From Salisapilia sapeloensis CBS 127946 (taxonomy: Eukaryota; Protista; Oomycota): a stretch of 50,327 nucleotides of DNA. The stretch's first letter is position 1; each line of letters starts with the position of its first letter. The notes under the pieces were generated by a model. That model was not told the DNA's origin. It made no database searches and saw nothing but the letters and a program-made list of their open reading frames with translations. The translations under genes were made by a program, and so were the position numbers. Positions 30,279 through 41,431 of this stretch are shown one piece after another. The stretch spans positions 1-50,327 of the forward strand of contig JAADVB010000136.1 in NCBI GenBank assembly GCA_023334545.1. Direction: 5' to 3'.

Positions 30279-33200
30279 ATGGGACGTCTGCATCGTCTTG
30301 AGCTAGAGAACTTCAAGTCCTACGGAGGACAGCATGTCATCGGCCCTTTCCAACGCTTCACGGCCGTCGTCGGGCCCAACGGCAGCGGCAAGTCCAACCT
30401 CATGGACGCCATTTCGTTCGTCCTCGGTGTCGGCGGACGGAAACTTCGGTCGGCACAGCTACGAGACTTGATCTTTCGACCACCGACAAGGAGTTCTAAA
30501 GGTGATCAGAGGTCGAATCTCACGGCGCATGTGTCTCTTGTCTATGAACTGGAGGAAGACGAGATCCGAGGTGCGCGGGCAGGGCAAGAGCTGCAATTCA
30601 CGCGTTCTATCTCTGCGAAAGGTGTTAGCTCCTACAGTGTCGATGGTCAGGACGTGAGCTTTGAAGCGTACAGGGACAAATTGCAGGAGATTGGGATTCT
30701 CGTCAAAGCGCGGAACTTTTTGGTCTTCCAAGGCGACGTCGAGAGCATCGCGTCGATGAGTCCAGAAGGTCTCACGCGTCTGTTTGAGCAGCTCTCGTCT
30801 TCCGATGAGCTTCGAAAGGACTATGATACGCTGCTGAAGGAGAAGTCGGAAGCAGAGGAGAGTGCTATCCTCGCGTATCAGAAGAAGAAAGGTCTCGCTG
30901 CAGAGAAGCGGATGATCAAAGACCAGAAGGAGGAGGCTGAAAAGTATCGGAAGAAGAAGAACGAGATGGAAAAGCTGCGTAAAGAGCACTTGTTGTGGCA
31001 GTTGTATCAAGTGGAAGGCGCTTCGAACGGACATCGGGAGACGCTGGACGACTACAAGGAGCAACTAGGCGAGTTCCAGCAAGGGGACGACAGCATCGCA
31101 GAAGAGTATCGAACGATGCGCAAGCAGCATGCGTCGACGCTAAAGGAGCTCAAGCAGAGTCGTCAGCGTATTCTCGAGTTCCAACAAAAGATCGACGACG
31201 TGGATCCAGAGCTCATTCGCGTGCGAGAGCAGACCAAATTCTCTAAACGCCGTCTGATCGAAGCTGAGGCGCAAGAACGCAAGGCACAGAAGCTCTTGTC
31301 AGATAAGGAGAAAGAAATTGACGGTCTTCAGTCGGATCTACAAGAGCTTGAGAAGGCGAAGAAGGAGTTGGAAGACAAGGAAGGCGTGGAGGAAGAGGAG
31401 GACGTGGTATTGGAAGGAGACGATCTGGAAGAGTACCATCGTTTAAAGGAAGAGACGCAAGTGAAGACGAACCAAGTGCGTGGCGAGCTATCTTCTGTCC
31501 AGCGCCAGCAGCGTATGGATGAGAACAAGGTGGAGATGTTGCAGCAGGAGAAGGACGAGAACGAAAAGACAAAGCAGCTATTGAAAGAGGACTGGAACGC
31601 CGCAGAAGATCGTCTGCAAAAGCTCCAAGAAGCCATCACGCAGACGCAGCAAGCCATTTCGGACGGTCAGTCGAATCTGTCCAAGGCCGAAGAGGATCTG
31701 CAGAGCCACGCTGTCAAGAAACGGGAGCTGGAGAAGGAGCTGGAGGACGTCAAGACCAAGTTGCGAGGGCTTAAGGACGATCGTCGGCAGTCTCAGGCGC
31801 AGGAGAAGAAGCAAGAGGTCTTAGAAACGCTAAAGAGACTCTTCCCTGGTGTCAAAGGTCGACTGGTGGACTTGTGTCGCCCGACGCAGCGCAAGTACAA
31901 TATGGCTGTGACCGTTGCGACTGGAAAGCACATGGACGCAGTGGTCGTGTCGGATGCGAAAACTGCTCAGGACTGTATTCAGTACCTTCGAGAGTCTCGC
32001 GTCGGGAGTGAACAGTTCCTCCCGTTAGATCGTCTTCGCGTGAAGTCTGCCAACGAGCGTTTCCGGAATCTCGGAGGCCAGACGAAGCTCGCTCGAGACG
32101 TGATCGAGTGCGACGCAGACGTCGCGCCTGCTGTCCAATATGCTGTGGGCGACACGGTCGTGTGTGACAGTATGAATGAAGCACGTCGCCTGTGTTTCGT
32201 GGATAAAGAGAGACTAAAGGCCGTGACGTTGGATGGTATGGTCGTGAGCAAGAACGGGAGTATGACGGGAGGTAAGACGCGAAGCGACTTGGAGCGAGCG
32301 AATCGATGGGATGAGCAGGAGATCCGTCGTTTGGAGAGTCGACGGGAGGAGGTACGAGAAGAGATGAATAATACAGAGCAGCGAGGTGCGTCGTACTCGA
32401 AGCTGCAGACACTCCGGACGCAGATCGACGGCATGAAGGAGCGAATCAAGTACGCGACGGCAGATGTGGAGAGTACGCGAGACAAGAAGCGTCAGTTGGA
32501 AGAACGAATTTCTGAAGTGCAGGAGCACATCGACAACTCGATCATACCGGAGATAAACAAGTATCAAGGTAGTATTCGATCGCGAGAAGGTCAGTTAGAG
32601 GAACTGGAGAACCGAGTGCATGCCGTGGAAGACGAAGTGTTTGCAGAGTTCAGCGAAAAGATGGGTCTGCCGAGTATTCGAGAGTACGAAGCGAATGTCC
32701 TGGAGCGTCAGATGCGTCAGAGTTCGACCAAGCGGCGTCTGCTGGAGCACATGACCAAGGTCGAGGCCCAGATGGAGTACTTGTCCAGTCAGGACTATCG
32801 ACACATGGTTCAGGACGCACAGCACAAGGTGCAGAAAGAAAAGGAGAGCATTGAAAAGCTCGGGCAGGAAGAGAACGCTTGTCATCGGAAGCTGTCGACT
32901 CTATCGAAAGCCAAGGAGGAGGAGGAGAAGCAGCACCACGCTCGGCAGTCGCAAGTGTCTTCTCTCGAGAAGCAGTTGACACAAGTCGGAGAGTCGAGAT
33001 CGTCTAGCGGATTGAAGCGATCTGAGCTCGTGCGCAAGGTGGCGAGAGAGGAGACGGTTCTCGATCGTCTGCATGATCGGAAGGTTGCGATTCTGAAGAA
33101 AGCAGCGTTCGAGCAAGTGGACTTGCCGATCATTGAAGAGGAGGAGGATGAGGATATGGACGATGCGTCGTCTGCTTCCTCTGGAGAAGTTGTCGCTGCG

Positions 33201-33977
33201 AACGGCGTGCTCTCTCGTCATGCACTCGAGAGATATGAACATCATCAGTTAGACTTCTCCTCGCTCCCTCGACGATCGTTCATCAAGGACGATCAGGACC
33301 GGACGAAAGCGGATGCAGAGTATGAACGCAAGCTACGGACGTTGTCGCAGGAGCTGGAGAGTATGCAGCCCAACCTCCGTGCGTTGGACAAGTACAAGGA
33401 GATCGTAGCGAGACTACGGAAAGAGGATGAGGAGCTGGAGGACCTCAAGGAGCGCGCGAATGCGACGTCCGCGGAGTTTGAACGAGTCAAGAGTGTCCGG
33501 TACGATCGGTTCATGGACGCCTTCAGCCACATCTCGGGCGTCATCGACTATACGTACAAGCAGCTGACGAAGAGCGCGAGGCATCCATTAGGCGGAACAG
33601 CGTACTTGAATGTCGAGAATAACGAGGAGCCATATCTGAATGGCGTCAAGTACAGCGCCATGCCCCCGATGAAGCGATTTAGAGAGATGGACCAACTGTC
33701 GGGAGGGGAGAAGACGGTCGCGACGCTCGCGCTGCTCTTTGCGATCCACGACTACCGTCCGTCTCCGTTCTTTGTCCTGGATGAAGTTGACGCGGCGTTG
33801 GATAATGTGAACGTAAACAAGGTCGCGACGTACCTCGCCAACTGCGACTTCCAGTGCCTCCTCATATCGCTCAAGGACTCAGTCTACTCCCGCGCAGACG
33901 CTCTCGTCGGCGTTGCAAAGGACATGAGTGAGCAACGATCCATGTCCCTGACGCTCGACTTGGGCAAATACGCTTAA
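30279..33977 (+). CDS. SMC1: Structural maintenance of chromosomes protein 1 (cohesin subunit), intronless
   Basis: [15 protein letters not shown] start, Walker [10 protein letters not shown], hinge [10 protein letters not shown], signature LSGGEKT, Walker [13 protein letters not shown], and long coiled coils. Confidence 0.96.
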   Translation: MGRLHRLELENFKSYGGQHVIGPFQRFTAVVGPNGSGKSNLMDAISFVLGVGGRKLRSAQLRDLIFRPPTRSSKGDQRSNLTAHVSLVYELEEDEIRGARAGQELQFTRSISAKGVSSYSVDGQDVSFEAYRDKLQEIGILVKARNFLVFQGDVESIASMSPEGLTRLFEQLSSSDELRKDYDTLLKEKSEAEESAILAYQKKKGLAAEKRMIKDQKEEAEKYRKKKNEMEKLRKEHLLWQLYQVEGASNGHRETLDDYKEQLGEFQQGDDSIAEEYRTMRKQHASTLKELKQSRQRILEFQQKIDDVDPELIRVREQTKFSKRRLIEAEAQERKAQKLLSDKEKEIDGLQSDLQELEKAKKELEDKEGVEEEEDVVLEGDDLEEYHRLKEETQVKTNQVRGELSSVQRQQRMDENKVEMLQQEKDENEKTKQLLKEDWNAAEDRLQKLQEAITQTQQAISDGQSNLSKAEEDLQSHAVKKRELEKELEDVKTKLRGLKDDRRQSQAQEKKQEVLETLKRLFPGVKGRLVDLCRPTQRKYNMAVTVATGKHMDAVVVSDAKTAQDCIQYLRESRVGSEQFLPLDRLRVKSANERFRNLGGQTKLARDVIECDADVAPAVQYAVGDTVVCDSMNEARRLCFVDKERLKAVTLDGMVVSKNGSMTGGKTRSDLERANRWDEQEIRRLESRREEVREEMNNTEQRGASYSKLQTLRTQIDGMKERIKYATADVESTRDKKRQLEERISEVQEHIDNSIIPEINKYQGSIRSREGQLEELENRVHAVEDEVFAEFSEKMGLPSIREYEANVLERQMRQSSTKRRLLEHMTKVEAQMEYLSSQDYRHMVQDAQHKVQKEKESIEKLGQEENACHRKLSTLSKAKEEEEKQHHARQSQVSSLEKQLTQVGESRSSSGLKRSELVRKVAREETVLDRLHDRKVAILKKAAFEQVDLPIIEEEEDEDMDDASSASSGEVVAANGVLSRHALERYEHHQLDFSSLPRRSFIKDDQDRTKADAEYERKLRTLSQELESMQPNLRALDKYKEIVARLRKEDEELEDLKERANATSAEFERVKSVRYDRFMDAFSHISGVIDYTYKQLTKSARHPLGGTAYLNVENNEEPYLNGVKYSAMPPMKRFREMDQLSGGEKTVATLALLFAIHDYRPSPFFVLDEVDAALDNVNVNKVATYLANCDFQCLLISLKDSVYSRADALVGVAKDMSEQRSMSLTLDLGKYA

Positions 33978-34098
33978 CACGACTACTCTTTTCTTTCTTC
34001 ATAAACTAGATACTTGCTACTAGAGATAAGAGGACAACAAGAGTAGATGTGAAATACGCATCGACTTGTATTTCTGCATATGTAGATGCCATGTCGGT

Positions 34099-36111
34099 CT
34101 AGTTGACGGTAAAAGAATCCGATACGCCTTCATAGTACTTAATCTGACCGATGAGAGGCTTCGAGTAGCCGCGGATACGGAAGCGGTAGGTTCCTGGCTC
34201 GGACGTTGGATTCCCGTCGCGAATGTACCATTCGCACGTAGAGTTGCTGTCGGCGACGCTGGCACGTTCCCAGTGGAAACGGACGTCCCAGTGCCAGTCT
34301 TCCATGAATTTGATGTAGCTGCCGTCGTCCTTCTTCTTCTCCACGTCGCAGAAGGAGCCGATGTTCATCAGGTTGTTCTTCGGGTGAGACCCGTAGAAGG
34401 ATGCGGTGGCGGTGTCGCCAACCTTGTACGATGCAGACGGTTGGGTGCGGACAGCTCCGAAGCCCTTTGGAGAAGTGTCGAACAGGACGCCGGTCTGTAG
34501 CGTGAGCAACGTGCTCCGGTCGAACTGACGAGGTGTCGGGCCGACGTCTAGCTCGACGGTTGGATCTACAATCGACTTGGCGACGCGAGTGAGCTCCTGC
34601 TGCACTGCCTTGAGCTGGTTCGGGCCGAAGAGTGTGGATGCGCCTTCATAGTTCTGCTTCAAGTACTCGCTTTCCGTCGTCATGTACTGAGAGTACGCGT
34701 TGGAGATGGACGCTAGTTCCACTGACGTCACGCCTGCGTCTTTCAAAGCCTCTTGGACAGTGGATCGAATGCGTCGACCGGCCATCGTCGTCACTTCAAA
34801 GTTCGTGACGGCAAGTCCGAACTGGCCGATCTTGAGCACCTGGAGTGGAAGCACCTCTGGCGTCCATGGCACGGGTTCCATAAATCCAACCGCCAAGAGC
34901 GGAACCTTTTCCTTCCGCTGACACTGCTTCGTCCATTCAGGTGTCGGACGGATGACTCCACCTATTGCCTGGAAGAAGACGTTCGATTCTAAGTTTCCTT
35001 CCTTGAAGAACTCCAAGCCACGACCGTCTTCCGTGCCGGCAGCAAAGTTCTGTCCAACAACCGCTGGGCACGTACGATCGGCGTACGGATCGTCCTCTGT
35101 CGCTTCCACACCGTCTAGATGGACGTCGCTAAAGTTCACGTACGACAGTTTTCCAGCCACCGACCCAGTGAGCTCCTCACTTTCTGCCTTCAACAGCTTA
35201 AACATGCCGTCTGCTTGTCGCTTGCCCATGATCTCTGCACTTTCAATATTCGTCTTGCCTTCCCCACTGAACGTTCCGTCTCCATTGTCAATGAGGTTGG
35301 GACTCACGTCTCCTGCGTTCGAGATACCGATGGCAACGACTGCACCGTCGAATTCTTGTTCGACAAGGAACTCTGCATAGCCCTTGTTATCTCCACTAAC
35401 AAGCAAGTTCTTTTGCGTTAAGCTGGTCGGATGAACGGGGTAGAAGGCAAGAGCGCCACGTAGACCACCGTCGTCGCCGAGGAACTTCAGTAACCTCATC
35501 TCGTGATCAATATTGTCTTCGTACTGAGCCCTCTCTTCTTCCGGATTGGCCTCATATGCCTCCGGGCTTCGGTTCTTACCACCCTTTTCAATCGACCCGA
35601 CATTGTACCTAACATGTCCAGGAGCAAGAGATTCCACAGCCTCATCGATCGAGTCCATGATGCCTTTGACGATGGCATTAAAAGTCTCGTCGATGTATCC
35701 GAGGATGGTAACGTCGTATAAAAAGTAGGCAGAGGACCCTCCTGGTCCAGCGTGTGTGTGTGTCGCGTGGAGGACGACGTTCTGCTCTGAGTACTTGCCA
35801 TCGTACTTGTCCGACAGCTGACTCATGACCTCTTGGTGGACGAGCTGGAAGACGGCTTGCAAGTCGCAGTTGACAAAGATCACGCTATCGCCCGAGTCTG
35901 CGTCTTCGATGACAAACGCACGAGCATATAAACGGTTGAGCAAGCCACGCGCCGACTCTTCTAGATCTGCAAACCCCATCATAATGACTTCAGCGACTGG
36001 ACCGGTAATGTCGCTTTTGCCCACGCCAATGTTATACGAAGCTTGTGTGGGCATCGTCAAGCATAACGCTGTAGTACACAGTACCAAGAACCGACGCCAG
36101 ACTCCTGTCAT
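34099..36111 (-). CDS. Neutral/alkaline ceramidase with signal peptide, intronless
   Basis: 670 aa with an N-terminal signal peptide, the zinc-binding HTHAGPGG motif, FYPVHPTSL, the GDVSPN active-site motif and GFEVTTMAGRR-like TNFEVTTMAGRR. Confidence 0.93.
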   Translation of the reverse strand: MTGVWRRFLVLCTTALCLTMPTQASYNIGVGKSDITGPVAEVIMMGFADLEESARGLLNRLYARAFVIEDADSGDSVIFVNCDLQAVFQLVHQEVMSQLSDKYDGKYSEQNVVLHATHTHAGPGGSSAYFLYDVTILGYIDETFNAIVKGIMDSIDEAVESLAPGHVRYNVGSIEKGGKNRSPEAYEANPEEERAQYEDNIDHEMRLLKFLGDDGGLRGALAFYPVHPTSLTQKNLLVSGDNKGYAEFLVEQEFDGAVVAIGISNAGDVSPNLIDNGDGTFSGEGKTNIESAEIMGKRQADGMFKLLKAESEELTGSVAGKLSYVNFSDVHLDGVEATEDDPYADRTCPAVVGQNFAAGTEDGRGLEFFKEGNLESNVFFQAIGGVIRPTPEWTKQCQRKEKVPLLAVGFMEPVPWTPEVLPLQVLKIGQFGLAVTNFEVTTMAGRRIRSTVQEALKDAGVTSVELASISNAYSQYMTTESEYLKQNYEGASTLFGPNQLKAVQQELTRVAKSIVDPTVELDVGPTPRQFDRSTLLTLQTGVLFDTSPKGFGAVRTQPSASYKVGDTATASFYGSHPKNNLMNIGSFCDVEKKKDDGSYIKFMEDWHWDVRFHWERASVADSNSTCEWYIRDGNPTSEPGTYRFRIRGYSKPLIGQIKYYEGVSDSFTVN

Positions 36112-36884
36112 GGTCGGAAGCTGGAAGAATTAGACACACGGAAGCTCTGGGCACACCCGAGGGAAACTTTAAATGAACAAAGTTGCGGAGACTGCTGACA
36201 AAAATAGAAGTCGGTCCAAGTCGGTCGATAGTGGAGACCAGCATCGGTCCGTGATGAACTCCCTTCAACTGGTTGAAGAAAGTCAAGCCATCAGCCAGGC
36301 GTGCGGGAAGCATAATGATCTGCTCATCATCAATGGAAACCTCATTCTAATTGGATATCATTCGGATAGAAACTAAATCATTCGTTTCTCCAGATGTCGA
36401 TCAAGACTCTTTCATTCATGTTGTGCTGCGTATCTAAAGCTACATTTGCGATCTTCCGTTGGAAAAGTCTAGTACATGTAAACTTTGAATATGATTAGTT
36501 GCATCTATCAATGGTGATTGACAAGTTTAGTCCATTGCCGGGAAAATCGAACAAGATCGGCAGACTCGTGACTGCAAAGATATTAATCAGACCATTCAGA
36601 CGAGGCGTGCATCACTAAAAGCTACCTCATCTCTCTAGCTCGTCTAGGAGAGGCAGAGACGGACAGGATAAAGTTTGACATGCTAGCGTATGGGGCAAGG
36701 TGAAGGAAACGGACGAAGAACATCATTTGAAGATGCGACACGAATCAGAACTTGTTCAAGATTCTCTACTCTTCAAGATGGCTCATCTCAGAATGGACTT
36801 GTGCAGGTACATCGTAGAGGTGTGAAGTGAAAGTCGACCCGACCGGACAATAAACGTTCGGTTAGTGACAGCCGAATAAAGTGA

Positions 36885-38387
36885 CTAGACTACTTGATCC
36901 TCCGATGTATAATTGCTTCCGAGCCCCAATTTGGCTTTCGCATTCGCCTCCAACCGAAGCATGAACTTGTGCTCCCACTCTTCAGCATGGTCACCTCCTT
37001 GTTGGAGGTAGGTAGACAATGTCCGAGCAGCATACATTGCTTCTGTCGGTGTGACTCGATGTGCAATCTGTTCTTCCACTTGGATAAACATCTCGGCATT
37101 CATTACCTTTGGATCTTCATCCACTCGTTTCCGCAACTTACGATACAAGTAGGATAAAGCAACTTGTGTCTCGTTTTTCACTTGATCAATGGCTATCGGT
37201 GCCTTCTCCCGCTCGTCTGAGCCAAAGACACCGACTTGAAACAGAGTGGAAACTAGATCTGGCTTGATATACCGCCACGCCATATCGGCAAGGTCCAACG
37301 CTGTCGTCTGATCCACGTCGAATAGTTGCGCCCGATCCGTCGTGGTAACTTTCTCAGCTGCTCTCGTGGCCAATAGCCGGCGGTAGACAGCTCGAAAGGC
37401 AAACTGCAACCGCGTCGGAAACGGATGATGGACCATGTCGTCGCCTTCAGATACAGTGACCAACTGAATGTTGGTGAGTCCAGTTTCAGTTAGTCCCCTG
37501 GATACTGTTGATGTCGACAACACGAGGATACTACGTTCTGTCCTTTGAAGACTTTCGTTCCATTCGTACAGCCAATGCTGTACGGTGCCAGGACTCAATG
37601 AGCCTTTCATGTACTGAACATCTTGATCTGTGCCATCCTTGTCCATCGAGCCTGTGAACAATGGATCTAGTCGCTCGTCACCGGTCGAGTTGACCGCTAA
37701 AAGAACCTGCAGCCATGCCATGGATCTCGTTTCGTTGACGTCATCAAACGGAGTGGCGTTGTATGCGAGCCAGACGTCCCCCATACAAAAAATGTCTTCC
37801 ACCGAGTGTTTCCGAAGGAACTCATCTAGACTTGCTTTGAGCCGTTTCTGGACGTTCTCGTCACTTAATGCCTGTACAACTCGACGCTTGGCGCCATTCG
37901 TGGGTAACCCGACCATATCTCGGAACTTTCGAAAGTAGTTTGATGAAATGTAAGCCTGGTCTTTCGGTGGAATACCCAGGTCGTGGTAGATCCGAATCGC
38001 TTGTTCGCGCAAGTGACCATTCGTTAGGGACTGGGCACAGCCCGGGTTCGTCGCAACCATCTCCTCGACCCATTTCGCCAGCGCCTCTTGCACAAGTGGC
38101 TGCGGTGTCAAACGGACATGATGGGCTGATGAAATCGGACCGGAGCTTTCTGTCAGTCGCCGCAGCTGAGCCTCCTGCTTTAACCAGCGCGAGAGCGTCG
38201 GCTGGGTGACTGTAAACTGCCGATTCTCGACAAAGTGGGCAACCGTAGCTGCTTGTCGCCGACCATTCGCATGATACCAGTCGAGGACTTCGATCTTGTC
38301 ATTCAAACGCGCGTTTCGACGTCGTGGGCGTGGGACGCTCGGATCCGAGTCCATGTCGGCCGATACATTCGTTTCTTCCTCCTTCAT
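36885..38387 (-). CDS. CENP-B/pogo (Tc5) transposase-derived protein with lost DDD triad
   Basis: Two N-terminal HTH-like blocks (KIEVLDWYHANG...QPTLSRWLKQE; LVQEALAKWV...LREQA...SSNYFRKFR) and a DDE_1-like core with degenerate catalytic positions. No terminal inverted repeats were found by eye. Confidence 0.78.
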   Translation of the reverse strand: MKEEETNVSADMDSDPSVPRPRRRNARLNDKIEVLDWYHANGRRQAATVAHFVENRQFTVTQPTLSRWLKQEAQLRRLTESSGPISSAHHVRLTPQPLVQEALAKWVEEMVATNPGCAQSLTNGHLREQAIRIYHDLGIPPKDQAYISSNYFRKFRDMVGLPTNGAKRRVVQALSDENVQKRLKASLDEFLRKHSVEDIFCMGDVWLAYNATPFDDVNETRSMAWLQVLLAVNSTGDERLDPLFTGSMDKDGTDQDVQYMKGSLSPGTVQHWLYEWNESLQRTERSILVLSTSTVSRGLTETGLTNIQLVTVSEGDDMVHHPFPTRLQFAFRAVYRRLLATRAAEKVTTTDRAQLFDVDQTTALDLADMAWRYIKPDLVSTLFQVGVFGSDEREKAPIAIDQVKNETQVALSYLYRKLRKRVDEDPKVMNAEMFIQVEEQIAHRVTPTEAMYAARTLSTYLQQGGDHAEEWEHKFMLRLEANAKAKLGLGSNYTSEDQVV

Positions 38388-38536
38388 TCGTTTTCTCTAT
38401 TCGTTCGGCCATTGTCCGTCTGTTACAAGATATCTCATCTCATCATTCGGCCCAGAATCTGATTCGGCCGACAGATACCGACGACCGGGACCAGTGATCA
38501 CGGATCCTTCATTCCCTCTTACGCCAGCCAGCGCTC

Positions 38537-40044
38537 ATGTCGTGCGATACGCAAGGCGCGATCGTCTTTTCCCTCGGACTCATCACTGGCACCGGCACGA
38601 CACTGTAATTTGTTCTTGGCTTTGGGTATGATAAAGATGTCGCTGACCATGTCGTATGTGCTCCATTTGTTCATCCTAGTACGCTCAAGGTACCTTCGGG
38701 CTTGTTATCAGTACAAAGGGGGCATACTCACATCTGTATAGGTTCTAGACGGTATCGACAGTGTCGGACTGGACGATGAAGTAAAAAAGTTTGAGAAACC
38801 CATCTTCCAGACGTGGCTCATGTTCTTCGCCATGATCTTCGCTCTGCCCATCCAATGGGCCTACCACTACCACATGGAACGCAAGTGGCGAGCCACTGCT
38901 CGTCAAGGAAGTACGTTTTAAATGAAAGTGGATAGACGAGTATGACTAACATGGATATCTAGTGAAGTACCATAACCGTATTCCAAACCGAGTCTACTTT
39001 CTACTGGCCATCCCAGCCGCTTTCGATCTACTCGCCACTTTTATTGCGAATCTCGGACTCTTGTACGTCACTGTGAGTGTCTTCCAGCTGCTCAAATGCA
39101 CCATCATCATCTTCGTCGCACTCTTGAAAGTGTTCGTCTTAAAGGACAAACTGAGAGGATACATGTGGATTGGCATCGTCCTGAATACACTGGCAGTCGT
39201 CATGGTTGGCGCCACCAGTTTTGCAGACGCGTCGGACCAAGTGAATAATAAGAACAATGCTCCTGGGTTTGGCATCTTTATGGTCGTCCTCAGCTGTGCC
39301 ATTCAATCGCTACAGTACGTCGTGGAAGAGAAGCTCATGGACGGTGGTGAAAGCGCTCCTCCGCTTATTGTTGTCGGCATGGAAGGTCTGTGGGGACTCA
39401 TCCTCACGACGTGTGTTGTCTATCCCATTGCCTACGCTGTTCCTGGCAACGACTTGGGATCGCATGAACGCTTGGATGATGCGTACGAAATGCTCCGGAA
39501 CAGTGGCTTAGCCCAAGTCATCGCTGCCATCTACGTCATCGTCATCCTCGGGTACAACGTCTTTGCTGTCCTCGTAACGTACTTGCTGAACTCGATCTGG
39601 CACGCCATTTTGGATAACTTTCGTCCCATCACGGTCTGGGGTGTCGACCTCCTCCTTTTCTACGCTTTTACTCAAGGAGACTTTGGCGAAGCTTGGACGG
39701 TTTGGAGCTGGCTGCAGTTGGCTGGTATGATCACTTTGCTTACAGGCACGGCCGTCTATAACGGTACGGTCAAGCTCCCAGGATTTGCGTACTTGGAGCC
39801 AATTGAAGATGGTGCGACGCCTATTCGTACACCTGCGGACATGGCATCTACGTCCCTTGCACACTCGCCACTGATCACACGCAACGCTTCGAAAGCAGCG
39901 GAAATTGCCAGACGTACACCCAACGCAAACGATCGTGATCGTGTCCGACGTGAGTTCATGACCGAGTACCAGCCACTGGTGGACTCCGACACGAAGCGAC
40001 GTCTGGACAATACGAATGGTACCTACGGTTCCCTCGAGGCCTAG
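38537..40044 (+). CDS. SLC35F6-like nucleotide-sugar/drug-metabolite transporter (4 exons incl. 10-nt microexon)
   Basis: Exons 38537-38604, 38680-38689, 38742-38910 and 38963-40044 give MSCDTQGAIVFSLGLITGTGTTLTLKVL...KFEKPIFQTWLMFFAM...PAAFDLLAT...VVEEKLM...VVGMEGLWG, with about 10 TM helices. Confidence 0.88.
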
Positions 40045-40154
40045 TGGTAGTCCAGCATAACATTTTTTTACTTTTAACAATGAAAAGCAATGCGTTTTGG
40101 AGATGGAATGCCAGCTGTACTCGAATGTTGTCTATCCTATTGTCGATATTGTGT

Positions 40155-41281
40155 TTATGTACCTCGTAGGGCTGGGAAGGTCATATTTGATTTCTTTGGT
40201 GTCGTCAAGTATTTCTTCTGAAGCTGCTTTAGCTCGTCGATCTGTTGCTTTAAGGCGTGATTCTCTCTTTTCATTTGCACGTGGACGTTAAAGCGATGCC
40301 CGTTTTCCGTGATTTGTACTAGCTCTTGCACGCGCCGTCGGAGATACTGGACTTCCTTCTCCAAACGAGCACAGGTGGTTGATACTTCTGCCTTTTGTTT
40401 ATCTAAAGTCTTTGTTTTGTTCATCGCTGCGTGGAGTTTTGATTCCAAGTCCGAGTCGGACGTGGATGAGAATAAAGTAGGCCGATGCACTCGGGTTTGT
40501 GGTGCTGGTTGCAGGAGTTTGTTTCGAGTCTCCAGTAATTCTTGCTGTAGCTGTGTTCGTTGGCCGTTGTGGACAGCCAATTCGGTTTCGAGTCTAGTGA
40601 TTTGGTCCTGACTCTCTTTTAATTGCGTCGTCAAGTCCACTACTTGTGTGGATAAATCTGCTTGAGACTGTTCTAGGGTAGTAAGTTGGGCCTTAGAATC
40701 GAGTACGTCTTTCGTTTTGCTCCTCAGTTCTAATGACAATCTTTCGATAGTCGCTTCCTGCTCTTGATTCCTTACGACTTGACTGTCAAAGTTGCTCTGT
40801 AGAAACACAATCTCAGCGCCTAGCTTTTTCTTTTCATGCTCCCAAGTACTCTTTTGTGCTCCAAATGCTTCTCGATCGTTTGCTGCCTGGATCTTTAAAT
40901 TGACGTTTTCATTTGTCAATGATTGATTCTGTTGCTCCAATCTTCGATTCTCACTCTGAAGGTCTGCATACTTTCGCTTACTACTATCTTCCAATTCAGC
41001 CATCTTCATGTACTGATCTGCCTTTAATCGCTCCACTTCATCTTCAAAGGCAGTCATTTTATCCGATGATAGTTGTTCATTCCATACCGACGGCCTCTAC
41101 TCCACACTTGAATCAGAAGAGATGACGACCGAAAAGTAGATATAGGATACTCTACCTGTTGTAACGATGTGATCTTGTCGCGCAGCTCGACGTTCTCGTC
41201 CACTGTCTTTTGAAGAAGCTCTAACGTCCGAACATGCTTTGAGCGAAGCCTCTCGGATACAGGCCCTAAGAGAGATTGCAT
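40155..41281 (-). CDS. Coiled-coil protein of unknown function (2 exons)
   Basis: ORF 41054-41281 joins ORF 40155-41057 through a phase-0 intron (CAG|gtagag...gagtag|AGG). Heptad-rich throughout. Confidence 0.7.
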
Positions 41282-41431
41282 TCTTCACTTGGCTACCGCC
41301 GTTCTGGGAAAGCAGCCACGCAAGACCTTCGGCCAAACTATTTTTGGCATTGAAAGTCGAAGTACGGTTAAAGTTACTACGTCTCTCGAAGATCGGCCCA
41401 TCACCACCAACGACGACACAAACACGTCGAA

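Noticed and set aside
30459-33544. Many antisense ORFs (up to 201 aa) within SMC1; likewise inside ceramidase, CUL3, TrpB and Rieske genes
   Set aside because: Shadow ORFs of strongly biased coding sequence, with low-complexity Leu/Ser/Phe translations.
36173-36830. Possible multi-exon gene on the + strand between ceramidase and the CENP-B-like gene
   Set aside because: Splice phases could not be reconciled into a long ORF and no homology was recognised.
36400-38620. Search for pogo terminal inverted repeats and TA target duplications around the CENP-B-like gene
   Set aside because: None found by eye, so it was not called an active mobile element.
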